DNA of 64,000 bases, taken from sequence record LR745208.1. One strand, 5' to 3'. Shown piece after piece: positions 15,007 to 24,244 of the stretch (its first letter is position 1; every line of letters starts with the position of its first letter). The notes under the pieces were generated by a model. The model saw only the letters and a list, made by a program, of their open reading frames with translations. It was not told the origin of the DNA and made no database searches. A program made the position numbers and the translations under genes.

Positions 15007-15635
15007 CCTATATTTTTTCCACAGTACGTGGGAGTCTGTGAGTGGCAGTTGGGGCACAGTAACCTCAGGTTTTCCAGGCGATGGTCCGTGGGGACCCCAT
15101 TCTTGTGGTCTAGGTGCAAGGAAATTGGCTTCCCCTTCCATGTGGTCAAAAGGCAGTCCGGGTCAGAGCATTCATATCTTAGTACTCCCTCTTTGACAAG
15201 ACGTTTACTAAGGTGGTTGGTCCCATAGGTGCTATTCTCAACCAATAACTCTGACAATGGCATCTTAACTGACCACGAGTGGGTTTTCCCCTTCAAGTGT
15301 CCCTGTCCTGTCCAGTGCGTGGTACTCAAACCCAACCGGAGAATATGTTGCCGAATGGTCTTGTAGTTCCCCCCAACAGGGGACAACCCCAATTCCCTTA
15401 AGACCATGGCCATGGTAAATTGGGTAGCCACGGCCCGTGTGAGTTGTTCCTCTGACCATTTCTTGAAGTGTACCGCCCAATGCTCGGACTTTAACCCTAA
15501 GCGCCCCATATGCGTTTGGATAGTCTTCGCATTACTGCTATTGGGGTAAAGCCCCAATTCCCTCAGCACCTCTGACATGGAAAACTTCGTGGTTACGGCC
15601 TGAATTAGCTGAGTGTCGGTCCATGTTCTTGACAT
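14988..15635 (-). CDS. HNH (homing-type) endonuclease
   Basis: Two N-terminal W..EQL..AV...LRELGL repeats and C-terminal LDHKNG...NLRLLCPNCH. Confidence 0.9.
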   Translation of the reverse strand: MSRTWTDTQLIQAVTTKFSMSEVLRELGLYPNSSNAKTIQTHMGRLGLKSEHWAVHFKKWSEEQLTRAVATQFTMAMVLRELGLSPVGGNYKTIRQHILRLGLSTTHWTGQGHLKGKTHSWSVKMPLSELLVENSTYGTNHLSKRLVKEGVLRYECSDPDCLLTTWKGKPISLHLDHKNGVPTDHRLENLRLLCPNCHSQTPTYCGKNIGGPTGT

Positions 15636-15724
15636 TTTGCCTCCGGTGGGGCTTGGTCAATGGGCAGCCTCTACCGAAGGGCTATCAATTGGCTAACTAG
15701 CGGATTCACCAGCTCATCAAACGG

Positions 15725-16852
15725 CTACTTCAACTTGGCCATGAATTCAACAATCTCGTTTGGCAGGGGCATTCCTAAGACCAGATGGGCGAAGGCTTCG
15801 GCGAAGTTTTCGGTCCATTTGGTGGCTCCATAGGGTGTGACGGCAATGGGTTCCCGTAGGACCTTGCCAGTCATGAGGGTCACGTCCTTCTTGCCAGCAA
15901 TGCCTTCGTGGAGTTCCTTCTCATCGATCTTCCCGGAGAGGAACTCAGTGGTGAGTTGCCGGGCCTCTCGGGGACCGTCAGGGGACTTCAACCACATGAC
16001 CAGTTCTGGGGACATGGGGACCATGGGCTTACCTAGTCCGCGGGCCTTGGTGAGCGACACTACCTCATCAGCCATCCGATTGCGTAAGTCCTTGTCGAAC
16101 AGCACTTCCTCGTAGACCGTGCGGGTGGACAGGTCAAAAAACTCTCGGGTCAGCTCTGCGCTGAGGAACCGGTGTTGGTACCGGTGCCCCAGTTCATGAG
16201 CTATTGTGTGGACATCCCCAAACCTAGATTGGGCGTTCACACTTACATAGAACTGATCTCCAGAGGGGGTATACCAAGCCGCTGATTTGCTATTCAGGTG
16301 TGTGGAAAGGTGTACCTTACCATACAGAACCTCAGGGAAGACCCTCTGGATTTTTCCAGTTGCCTCATCGAGAGCTTTGAGGGCCCCCTCAATTTTTGAG
16401 ACTGGGACTCCTGGCATCGGGACGATCTCGAAAGGTCCCCGTTTGATGATCCGGTCTTCATCCGTTGCTGCACTGGCAATTTCCAAGGTGCGTAGGGGTT
16501 TGGCCCAGGTCTCGAACCTTCTGATCCAAACGGATTGGAACATGTCCGAATTGAGGATCCCATGACGCATGTCCAAGAATTCACGGACATCCTTCTGGAG
16601 GGCATTGATTGCATTGCGCTTGGCGGTTCCAAGGGCCAAGTACCAATCCGCAGGTACTGGCGCCCCAAAATCCCCAGTGGTCCTATCAGTTGGGAAGATC
16701 AGGCTCAGAACGGTCTTCCCAAACTTCGCCATAGGGTCCATATCCTTCTTCTCGAAGGCTTCCTGGGCTTTCTTGAAGTCTGGGAGGAGGGATACCCCTT
16801 TGGCTTGGAGGAACCGGGAGGCTACCCGGTCGGCTTGGGGAACTTGGGACAT
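15725..16852 (-). CDS. zincin metallopeptidase (anthrax lethal factor-like), probably virion-associated
   Basis: HELGH plus TPYGATKWTENFAEAF; N-terminal DRVASRFL motif. Confidence 0.65.
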   Translation of the reverse strand: MSQVPQADRVASRFLQAKGVSLLPDFKKAQEAFEKKDMDPMAKFGKTVLSLIFPTDRTTGDFGAPVPADWYLALGTAKRNAINALQKDVREFLDMRHGILNSDMFQSVWIRRFETWAKPLRTLEIASAATDEDRIIKRGPFEIVPMPGVPVSKIEGALKALDEATGKIQRVFPEVLYGKVHLSTHLNSKSAAWYTPSGDQFYVSVNAQSRFGDVHTIAHELGHRYQHRFLSAELTREFFDLSTRTVYEEVLFDKDLRNRMADEVVSLTKARGLGKPMVPMSPELVMWLKSPDGPREARQLTTEFLSGKIDEKELHEGIAGKKDVTLMTGKVLREPIAVTPYGATKWTENFAEAFAHLVLGMPLPNEIVEFMAKLK

Positions 16853-16884
16853 GTCATTCTGGTAGGGGGATAGAAGCGTTAGGC

Positions 16885-17139
16885 TCAGTTCCGTTCCCGC
16901 CTCAGTGCCTCCTCGGCATCTTGGATAAGCCCATCGAGCTTGTCCGTAAACTCCTTGCCCCGTGTAGCAATGGTATTCTCTAGGATGTCCGCCATGGCAT
17001 GGGCTTCTGGTCCACAGTGGGTACACCAATAAATCTTGGCTCCTGGCTCCACGTCACTGAAGTCCATTGTGTACCGCTCGTCCGGGACTCCTAAGCAACC
17101 TGGATTCCCATAGTCACGACAGACAATCTCGATTGTCAT
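16885..17139 (-). CDS. hypothetical protein
   Basis: 84 aa from the ATGA overlap. Confidence 0.6.
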   Translation of the reverse strand: MTIEIVCRDYGNPGCLGVPDERYTMDFSDVEPGAKIYWCTHCGPEAHAMADILENTIATRGKEFTDKLDGLIQDAEEALRRERN

Positions 17140-17654
17140 GTGGCCAACCGGTAGGTCTCTGAGAATTCCCTGGCAGCGATCCGATAGACTTCCCCCTTCT
17201 GTGGGAGAGGAGTGCAGAGCATGTCCCCCGGCTTGAGAGCCATGGGCTCTCCCCAGGATGCCATGAACTGGACCTCTCGACCATTGTACTTGACGGCACG
17301 GCACTTACCTGTAGCTTGGTAATGACACCATGTCTGGACGACTCCGGTACCCAAGTCGGGTTTTTCCCATGGAAACTTAGTGACCTCATAGGTGGACCCA
17401 TGGATTCTCGTGTATCGGGCATGAAGCTTTTCCCCGCCGAGCAAATAGAGTTCCTGTGCCCCCGTGGAGTTGCGGACCACATAGTCATCCCCTTTGGCGG
17501 TATTGGTAGTCTCCACACCATCGGAGGTTTCGGTGATAATGACCTCCCCGGGAGTGGCCCGTCTAGCTTCCACGATTGTGAACTTCTGGTAATCCTCTCC
17601 TTTGATATCAATCAGAGGCAGGAAGGTATCCAAGGTCTCTTGTTGGGTCATCAT
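17136..17654 (-). CDS. PGDYG-like domain protein
   Basis: Duplicated AKGDDYVV / KPGDML modules; FMASWGE and EFSETY motifs. Confidence 0.6.
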   Translation of the reverse strand: MMTQQETLDTFLPLIDIKGEDYQKFTIVEARRATPGEVIITETSDGVETTNTAKGDDYVVRNSTGAQELYLLGGEKLHARYTRIHGSTYEVTKFPWEKPDLGTGVVQTWCHYQATGKCRAVKYNGREVQFMASWGEPMALKPGDMLCTPLPQKGEVYRIAAREFSETYRLAT

Positions 17655-18388
17655 AGGGCATCCCTCAGGTAGCGTTGGACCTTCATTCTATCCAACTGGT
17701 CATTGGTTCTCAAGCACCCCTCCGCATCAATGTTGACCTCGGGGAACCGGGCGCGGATGGGATGGATCAGGTGAAGAGTTTCCTGGCAGAGACCGCCAGC
17801 CACACCCAGCCCAATGTTCGGGGACCGTTCTGCAATGGCCTCTAGGTACCTCAAACACAGGTCGGTATCTAGAGGAACCCCTTTCCCACCACTGCCATCA
17901 ACCAGTACATCCGTAATGGCATCCCCGTAGTCGGCCACCCGCTTGGCGGTCTCTGTATAGCCCCCACCTACCCTCATGGCCCGCGGTCCAATTTGTAGGA
18001 CTATTCGGTCCCCCAGACGAGATCCATCTTTGATCGCCTTGGCATTCGGCCAAACCATATTGAGTTGGAACCCGTGAACAAATCCACGCCATCCCAGGAT
18101 GTCCCGAATCTGACGCATGGAAGATGTCAGCTGTCCCTGACCCTCATCCCCAGTTGAAAAATGAATGAGCCTGAGTTCCCGAGGGTCTGCGTCCAGCGGG
18201 GCAATGAGTGGCAGCTCCCCAATGATAGGGAACCGGTTTGGGTACTTGTTTGTCTCTCCCCTGAGAGTCTTGGAGCTAGCTAGCAATCCTACCATGAGTA
18301 GGTGACTTGATTCCTGGGGCATATTGTCAAGAGCTTCCAGGACTTGTTCCCGGGACATAAATGCGGTGACTCCTACGTATGGTTTCAT
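17651..18388 (-). CDS. phosphoribosylanthranilate isomerase (TrpF)-like TIM barrel
   Basis: VLVDGSGGKG, GVAGGL and NIDAEG motifs. Confidence 0.55.
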   Translation of the reverse strand: MKPYVGVTAFMSREQVLEALDNMPQESSHLLMVGLLASSKTLRGETNKYPNRFPIIGELPLIAPLDADPRELRLIHFSTGDEGQGQLTSSMRQIRDILGWRGFVHGFQLNMVWPNAKAIKDGSRLGDRIVLQIGPRAMRVGGGYTETAKRVADYGDAITDVLVDGSGGKGVPLDTDLCLRYLEAIAERSPNIGLGVAGGLCQETLHLIHPIRARFPEVNIDAEGCLRTNDQLDRMKVQRYLRDAL

Positions 18389-18390
18389 AG

Positions 18391-18723
18391 CTAGTTGTAC
18401 ACCGCCGCAAGGTACCAGCCGACTTTGGCGTCCTGAATTCCGAATTCCTTGAGGAGGAATTCCTTCAAGTCACGCACCCTATCTGGATAGTGGCCCAAAG
18501 CGAGGATCTCAACGGGGTCCTCTACCTCTGCTACCGTGGTCTCTTCAATTGAGATGGCATCCCCCATCTCCCCATGGCAGTAACCATAATAGGTCCAGAT
18601 GAACCCTGCTGCCCTAATCTTCGCAATGGTCTGATCGAACTTCTCTTCCATCTCCGGGGCCCTGAGGACTCCGGTAGGGAGGATTGACCCCAGGAAGAAT
18701 TTGGCGTAAGAATTGTCACTCAT
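18391..18723 (-). CDS. hypothetical protein
   Basis: 110 aa, coupled. Confidence 0.65.
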   Translation of the reverse strand: MSDNSYAKFFLGSILPTGVLRAPEMEEKFDQTIAKIRAAGFIWTYYGYCHGEMGDAISIEETTVAEVEDPVEILALGHYPDRVRDLKEFLLKEFGIQDAKVGWYLAAVYN

Positions 18724-19150
18724 GGCTAAACCTTTCCTCTATCCGATGCAGTCGGTTCTCGTCCAGTTTCCAAGTGTGCCTGAGGGAATGGAGTGCTCGC
18801 CGAAGAAAACCTGTATGGTCAACTACCCCTTTGGCATGATAGGTTATGGACAAAACCCCGGTTAGCACATTGGGAGCTAAGCGATCTGTATCTAGGGCGT
18901 CCAGTAGGTTTCGTGCCCGGTAGAGGTTGCCAACCAATAGAAGCCTGTCAAGTCGATCTACCAGCCTGTCAACAGCAGCAATTGGCTTATTGGCACTGTC
19001 CAGGTAACATTGGGCCAGAAGGGTGGCGTCGGTTTCTTGACCCATGGGGTCGTCCTCCCCTCCTTCCCCCCAACTGCTCATACCAATGTGGAGAGGTTCC
19101 CAATCATCATCCCCATTGTCATCCCAATCACCACCCATGCCGATACTCAT
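18716..19150 (-). CDS. hypothetical protein with acidic N-terminus
   Basis: 144 aa, ATGA coupling. Confidence 0.6.
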   Translation of the reverse strand: MSIGMGGDWDDNGDDDWEPLHIGMSSWGEGGEDDPMGQETDATLLAQCYLDSANKPIAAVDRLVDRLDRLLLVGNLYRARNLLDALDTDRLAPNVLTGVLSITYHAKGVVDHTGFLRRALHSLRHTWKLDENRLHRIEERFSHE

Positions 19151-19545
19151 TGTCCCACCCCATCTGGAATCCGAACTGTCATCTCCCCCTCACCGTGGCA
19201 TTTCGCACAGGGGATGAAAAGCTGCTTGTCTCTCCAACAGACAAAGGCAAAAACCTTCGCGTAAGCAGTCAGTCCAGCTAGGTTCATGCCTTGCTCTTGA
19301 AGACATTGTGGGGGGTAGCTTCGGGTGGGATCAAGATGATTGAGTACCATCCCCTGAATGCTCTTGTCCCTCAGGTACTTCCCGTATTGGTCGGCATGCC
19401 TGTTGGCCCGACGCAGCCACTTCTTGAGGCGCCTTCTTGGCACATGGCGTCTGAATGCTCCCTTGCCTTTGCACCAGGGGCATTCCACAATGTCACCATC
19501 GTAGACGTAGCCCTCAAGCCTATCCTCAGTGTCCTCAATATCCAC
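19147..19545 (-). CDS. hypothetical Zn-finger protein
   Basis: CPWCKGKG and CAKCHGEG (DnaJ-like Cys motifs). Confidence 0.6.
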   Translation of the reverse strand: MDIEDTEDRLEGYVYDGDIVECPWCKGKGAFRRHVPRRRLKKWLRRANRHADQYGKYLRDKSIQGMVLNHLDPTRSYPPQCLQEQGMNLAGLTAYAKVFAFVCWRDKQLFIPCAKCHGEGEMTVRIPDGVGQ

Positions 19546-19963
19546 GGTGACTGTCCTTCAATTCTGAAGCACTCACATACAAGGCACCCAGGCGTTCTAG
19601 CTCCCCAATGACAGCGAGGCGATCTTCCTCAGTGATGCTGGACCAACGGCACTTCTGACGTTCAGGATGGGGGCCATCGTTCTTGGTGACGTAGAAGAAG
19701 AACATGGCCAGGACTTGACCCACCCCATGCTCCACATTCAGAACCGCATCTTTAGGTGCAGCATTGGCCCCCCCTGCAAGCCCAATATTCCTGGCCTCCA
19801 CGAACTCAATGATCGGGTCCAGAAACCCTCCCTCATAGTCGGATAGTTCCATAGGCATGTACCCAGCCACCGTGAACCCCAACTCCAGGTACTCCTGAAT
19901 GCGCCATTTCTTACGGATACGACGTTTCTTGTGGGTAAGCTTGCGATGCTTGTCAGGTACCAT
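19535..19963 (-). CDS. yggL: YggL (DUF469)-family 50S ribosome-binding protein
   Basis: KKRRIRKKWRIQEYLELGF N-terminus, FLD..IEFVE and SITEEDR..V motifs. Confidence 0.65.
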   Translation of the reverse strand: MVPDKHRKLTHKKRRIRKKWRIQEYLELGFTVAGYMPMELSDYEGGFLDPIIEFVEARNIGLAGGANAAPKDAVLNVEHGVGQVLAMFFFYVTKNDGPHPERQKCRWSSITEEDRLAVIGELERLGALYVSASELKDSHRGY

Positions 19964-19967
19964 GGGG

Positions 19968-20816
19968 CTACTCGATTTCTAGGACTCGGATGGACAGGTG
20001 CGGTGACCCATAAACGGACTTCCCCGTCAGGCACTTCAGGTTAGGACCGTAGTCCTGCTCCCATGCCGTGTGGGTGTGCCCGGAGAGGCAGAGAAACTTG
20101 GTCTCGGGGAAGTCCTGGGCCGTGAGCTTGAGGGCATCCCCGGCCCTCCTGGAGGCCATTACAGGGAGCCAAGAGTGCTCGGGACTCATGGACCCGTCCG
20201 GGCTCCGGGAGTTCTCTCGGAAGGGGGGGACATGGGTGGCAAATAGGACATGCGGGAACCCAGCCTTGGCGGCTGCCACAACATGCTCGTCAATATGGTC
20301 AGCGGCTTGTTGGGACAGGTCATTCATGAGCTTGTGCATCAGAAGGGGGGGCTGAAACCGGAAGTCTGCAATCAAATCGTAGTCCCCGATCTTCAGATTG
20401 GGGAGGGATCGGAACCAGTTGGCGTATCCACCATCATACCAGCCATCATGGCCTACCAATGCGGTCTTGTCGGTCAGCTTGACTACGCCCATCTTGTTGA
20501 GCCAGCAAGTACGGGTCATTGTCCCGTCATACTTGTCAACCATGGCCCTAACTGACAGAATGGAGCCAGAATAAAAATCGTGGTTCCCCAAAACGAAAAA
20601 CACCTTAATGCCCGGCAAATACATCTCCAACCACATGAGGTGAATCTCTAGGGAGGACGCCTGTGAGATGTCGCCAGTGATTACCACGCAGTCTGGCTTG
20701 GTGGCCATGACCTTAGCACAGAATGCCTGGACCTTGGACTCAGAGATGAACCTCTCGTTCCCCACAAGGTCAAACACCAAATCAAGGTGAATATCTGTGC
20801 ACCAAGTGATCCTCAC
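19968..20816 (-). CDS. calcineurin-like metallophosphoesterase
   Basis: TDIH, GDIS, GNHD, THVPP and GHTH motifs. Confidence 0.88.
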   Translation of the reverse strand: MRITWCTDIHLDLVFDLVGNERFISESKVQAFCAKVMATKPDCVVITGDISQASSLEIHLMWLEMYLPGIKVFFVLGNHDFYSGSILSVRAMVDKYDGTMTRTCWLNKMGVVKLTDKTALVGHDGWYDGGYANWFRSLPNLKIGDYDLIADFRFQPPLLMHKLMNDLSQQAADHIDEHVVAAAKAGFPHVLFATHVPPFRENSRSPDGSMSPEHSWLPVMASRRAGDALKLTAQDFPETKFLCLSGHTHTAWEQDYGPNLKCLTGKSVYGSPHLSIRVLEIE

Positions 20817-21340
20817 GGCTTGGCTCCAGGGACCGAGAACACAATCAGAAGCACCGGAGAGTCCTTGGCCTCTTCAATCAGGACTTCCTTCACGTCTTCC
20901 CAGTTGAGCCCACCAAGGCCTGCCCCTATCCGTGGGATGCCAATGGTGTGAAACTTCTGGCCCTCCGCAATCTCTAGCATCTTACGGACGGACTCCCGAA
21001 TAGCATTGAGGGTCGCTTTGGTCCTCCAGGATGCCTGAGTGGCTAGATTGAAAATGGTGCGGGTATCCACATTGCTGCTCTTCATGATGCCAGTAGTGGG
21101 GGGCAGCAGCTCCCCATCTTGATCCCAAACAAGCCTGTCAGTCGAGTCCCAAATGAACACCCCACCCGGACGCAAATAGCCATTCCGGCATAGCCTCCAA
21201 TAGTCCTCATACATGGTGGGCCAACGCTTCTTGAACTCCACGGCGATCCCTTTGCCCATGGCACCTTCGCAATTGACCCCATGGCCAATTGCGTCCAAAG
21301 TAGTGTCGGCGAACAAGTCTCCCTCAATGAACTCAATCAT
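20813..21340 (-). CDS. macro domain (ADP-ribose processing) protein
   Basis: EGDLF, HGVNCEGAMGKGIA and PRIGAGLGGL motifs. Confidence 0.9.
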   Translation of the reverse strand: MIEFIEGDLFADTTLDAIGHGVNCEGAMGKGIAVEFKKRWPTMYEDYWRLCRNGYLRPGGVFIWDSTDRLVWDQDGELLPPTTGIMKSSNVDTRTIFNLATQASWRTKATLNAIRESVRKMLEIAEGQKFHTIGIPRIGAGLGGLNWEDVKEVLIEEAKDSPVLLIVFSVPGAKP

Positions 21341-22032
21341 GTGGTACCACCCAAAAGGGAGCATAGCTTCCTGATAGCTGCGTGTGCGAAATAAACCCTG
21401 GGTGTCACCACCTCGCCCAATCCCCCCAGCAGTTCTGATTCCACCCCCTCCTCATAGAGGGTCTTTTTGACCTCCTCATGGTGGTTCCCACAATAGATGT
21501 CATACACCGCATCAAGCCACAGGTTTTTCTCTTCGTAGTGCTCCCCAGGGTGATCCCCAGTTTCCCGCCAATCCTGAACACATTCGAAAGCCCTAGACAG
21601 CACATCGTAGGCGAACACAGAGGGATCAATCTCATCAATCAACTGGTGACCTGTCCCAATGGTTGCCTTCTGGTGGACATAAGAGCGAATATCCGTATGG
21701 CGGGCCATCCACTCCAGGACATGCAAGGGCTTGGTGCTATCCCCGTAGCTGCTGAAGATGACGTGGTCAATATCCCCGTGAACCAGAATGGAGCCACCCC
21801 AGAGGATAATGATCTCCGCAAGGTATATGGAAGACCATCCGCCACCCTCATGCTTGCGGGCAATCACCCATCGGTTGTCAGATTGATGCTGGATCTGGTG
21901 GTCTTTGAAGGACTCAAGGGACTGTGCCAGCATGGTCTTGTCACGGTCCAGACTTGACACCGCATGAAGCTTTTTGACCATGGCATCAAACTGTTCCTGT
22001 GTATCGAGTTCAATCTCTTCAACCTCACTCAT
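21337..22032 (-). CDS. hypothetical protein
   Basis: 231 aa, coupled. Confidence 0.7.
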   Translation of the reverse strand: MSEVEEIELDTQEQFDAMVKKLHAVSSLDRDKTMLAQSLESFKDHQIQHQSDNRWVIARKHEGGGWSSIYLAEIIILWGGSILVHGDIDHVIFSSYGDSTKPLHVLEWMARHTDIRSYVHQKATIGTGHQLIDEIDPSVFAYDVLSRAFECVQDWRETGDHPGEHYEEKNLWLDAVYDIYCGNHHEEVKKTLYEEGVESELLGGLGEVVTPRVYFAHAAIRKLCSLLGGTT

Positions 22033-22171
22033 GGCTATCCTTTTCCTGGTAGTGGTGCATCATTGTCGCCCCGTTCCTATATCCACGATCATATCCACAC
22101 CGGTACCCTTGTCTGTAGGTCCAGGTTGTCCTGAGTAGGACAATAAGGCCCAGTGCGACAAGGAGGATCAT
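22025..22171 (-). CDS. small membrane protein (48 aa)
   Basis: MILLVALGLIVLLRTTW...GYDRGYRNG; fills the gap between flanking genes. Confidence 0.5.
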   Translation of the reverse strand: MILLVALGLIVLLRTTWTYRQGYRCGYDRGYRNGATMMHHYQEKDSHE

Positions 22172-22175
22172 CGGC

Positions 22176-22463
22176 TTATAGCACTACCGGTACGTCATGG
22201 GCCCCGACCCCCCGCAACCACTGGGCAGCCAACCATTCCGCTGCCTGTTTAGCTTTATCAATGTCCTCCATGTAGTGCCTGTCCAGGCTAATGGTGACAT
22301 CTGCAATCGTAAAAGAGGCATGCCAGCAATACGGTCCCCGATGGCAGCGAATGCCATACACCTGGGCCTCCGCAATATCGAGATTTGCATACTGCTTGGC
22401 ATGCATTGGCGTCCTGGGGAATCCACAGTCGTGCCAGTCCGTAGCCGGTAAAATGTGACTCAT
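22176..22463 (-). CDS. hypothetical protein
   Basis: 95 aa, coupled. Confidence 0.6.
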   Translation of the reverse strand: MSHILPATDWHDCGFPRTPMHAKQYANLDIAEAQVYGIRCHRGPYCWHASFTIADVTISLDRHYMEDIDKAKQAAEWLAAQWLRGVGAHDVPVVL

Positions 22464-22690
22464 ACCCGCAAACCTGTAGGTTCAGGAATCTTAACCCCAC
22501 AGTCGTAGGCCACCGTAAGCCACAAGTGCCGTGCGTTCTCGATCATCTGGTATGCCTCATAGAGGGTCTCCCCCTGGGAGTAGCACCCTGGAAGGTCTAC
22601 AATCTCTACGAAGAACCCCCCCTCTTCACATGGGGTGAACGTGATGGGGTACCTCAAGGCGAGGTAATAGCTGAGGGGCTGGCGGTCCAT
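22460..22690 (-). CDS. HicB-like antitoxin domain protein
   Basis: YPI....EEGGFFVEIVDLPGCYSQGETLYEA..MIENA..LW...IPEP. Confidence 0.85.
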   Translation of the reverse strand: MDRQPLSYYLALRYPITFTPCEEGGFFVEIVDLPGCYSQGETLYEAYQMIENARHLWLTVAYDCGVKIPEPTGLRV

Positions 22691-22732
22691 TCCCCTCTTA
22701 CGCCTATCGGGACGACTCCACCAGCACAAACT

Positions 22733-23011
22733 CTAGATCCCTGCCCGTCCGTAGGGCCCTGGCAGCTTCTCTTGGGGAGTGGTATCCCGCTCAAGGATTT
22801 TCTTGGCTTTTACCCATAGGCAATCGGCCAAGTGTGGTTGGCGAACAATGGCCCCATCGGGGTCCCAATCGTTTTCACCACAGAAATGGCACTCAGAGCC
22901 CATCGCATTGCAGTTGGGTTTCTGGGCTGCTAGGGCAAGAACAATGGCCCTGAGTTCTTGATTGGCTGTGAGAAGTTCGTCCACCATGCCCGGCTCGGGT
23001 GATACAGGCAT
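22733..23011 (-). CDS. hypothetical protein
   Basis: 92 aa with a CHFC motif. Confidence 0.55.
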   Translation of the reverse strand: MPVSPEPGMVDELLTANQELRAIVLALAAQKPNCNAMGSECHFCGENDWDPDGAIVRQPHLADCLWVKAKKILERDTTPQEKLPGPYGRAGI

Positions 23012-24228
23012 TAGCGGGAAGGCCCAAGCAACCGGGCCACAATCGAACTGGCACTGGCAGGGTAGGAGTCCCGGAGCGTGGTGAGAATCATGCCCATACA
23101 GGACCAGTCAACATCATTTGACTCGCAAAGGTCTCTAACCTTGCGAATCTCCACATAAGTCTGCTCGGAGTCCCCAACCACGCCATGCATGACCCCGTCC
23201 TGGGATTGCTGACGCAAGGCTGCCATTTCCTCCTCCGTAAGCTCACAGGCGTATACCTGAGCTTGATGCGTTGAGAAGGTCCCACACAACTGACGGGACC
23301 CAATCCGGCGAAGCCGCGTAGGATCCACAACCAGCCCGGCCTCCTCTTCTAGCTCATGGCTGGCCACAACAAGCTCGTCCTCTTTGACCTTGGAAGAGCC
23401 TGAGGGAACCTCATGGATCATCCCATCCATGGTGCTGGCGGGACTCCGGAACTCCCGTACCAGGACCACCTCGGTGTCCAAGTAACTTGCCCCTCTTCGG
23501 TACGCAATCACTGAGGACACATCTGGTCGTGACAATATGATTTCGTTGGTCTTGTTCCTCCCCTCGATGGCCACATGGACATCCACCTTGAGAGCGAAAC
23601 AGAAGGTGAAGCTCTTCTTGGGGCCCGTCCGGAACGACCATAGGAGCTTGGCCCCATCAAGCCTATTCCCGGCGGCTTTCTGCATCCGGAACCAATTTTG
23701 GAAGTGGGGCAGGTTCCAAATGTGGATGGGGACGTTCCTTTCCCCCCCTACCCGTGTAGCACCCTCCCCAATGCGCTTGACGGCCGCACGCAGGGTGTCT
23801 TCCAGGGTTTCGTGTACTGGCATGCCCTCCAGACCTGCGTGGTACGCCAGATACCTCATATGCTCTGCATCCGTAGGGTATCCCAGCACAGCCTTCCCTG
23901 AATTACACCACAACCCGAACTCCACATTCGTGGTCAAACCAGGAAGAGACTCCATGTCCCTGGGAACCCAGAAGGCAATCACATCCGACAGGTTCAGGCA
24001 CTCGGTTTCCCAGTTGACCTGGGCATCGTAGTTATACCCAGTCCCATTCCTGGTAAGGGGAATGAACACTGCCCCATCGTAGCCTTGGGCAGTCAGGATC
24101 TTGAGGGCCTCAATGCGCCAATTGGGATGCGTGGGGTTCCTGGGGGAGGGGCCCGCTAGGAAGATAGCCTTGGTGAACTGCTTGGGGGGCTGTTCTGGTG
24201 CGTAGACGAGTTGGAGGGGCATGCCCAC
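23011..24228 (-). CDS. nucleoside 2-deoxyribosyltransferase-like domain fused to a Nudix domain
   Basis: IFLAGP...WETECL..SDVIAFW...TTNVEFG, then VVLVREFRSP...HELEEEAGL. Confidence 0.8.
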   Translation of the reverse strand: MGMPLQLVYAPEQPPKQFTKAIFLAGPSPRNPTHPNWRIEALKILTAQGYDGAVFIPLTRNGTGYNYDAQVNWETECLNLSDVIAFWVPRDMESLPGLTTNVEFGLWCNSGKAVLGYPTDAEHMRYLAYHAGLEGMPVHETLEDTLRAAVKRIGEGATRVGGERNVPIHIWNLPHFQNWFRMQKAAGNRLDGAKLLWSFRTGPKKSFTFCFALKVDVHVAIEGRNKTNEIILSRPDVSSVIAYRRGASYLDTEVVLVREFRSPASTMDGMIHEVPSGSSKVKEDELVVASHELEEEAGLVVDPTRLRRIGSRQLCGTFSTHQAQVYACELTEEEMAALRQQSQDGVMHGVVGDSEQTYVEIRKVRDLCESNDVDWSCMGMILTTLRDSYPASASSIVARLLGPSR

Positions 24229-24244
24229 TTTACACCCATCTCCG

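Noticed and set aside
14377-15141. ORFs across the Leu tRNA array (14377-14904, 14579-14809, 14774-15007, 14810-15001, 14920-15141)
   Set aside because: They are shadows of five tRNA genes.
22698-22735. Full sigma28 promoters upstream of the HicB-like and HslV-like (61353-61390) genes
   Set aside because: Only the CCGATAG -10 element is present, with no TAAA at 15-nt spacing, so they were not called as promoters.
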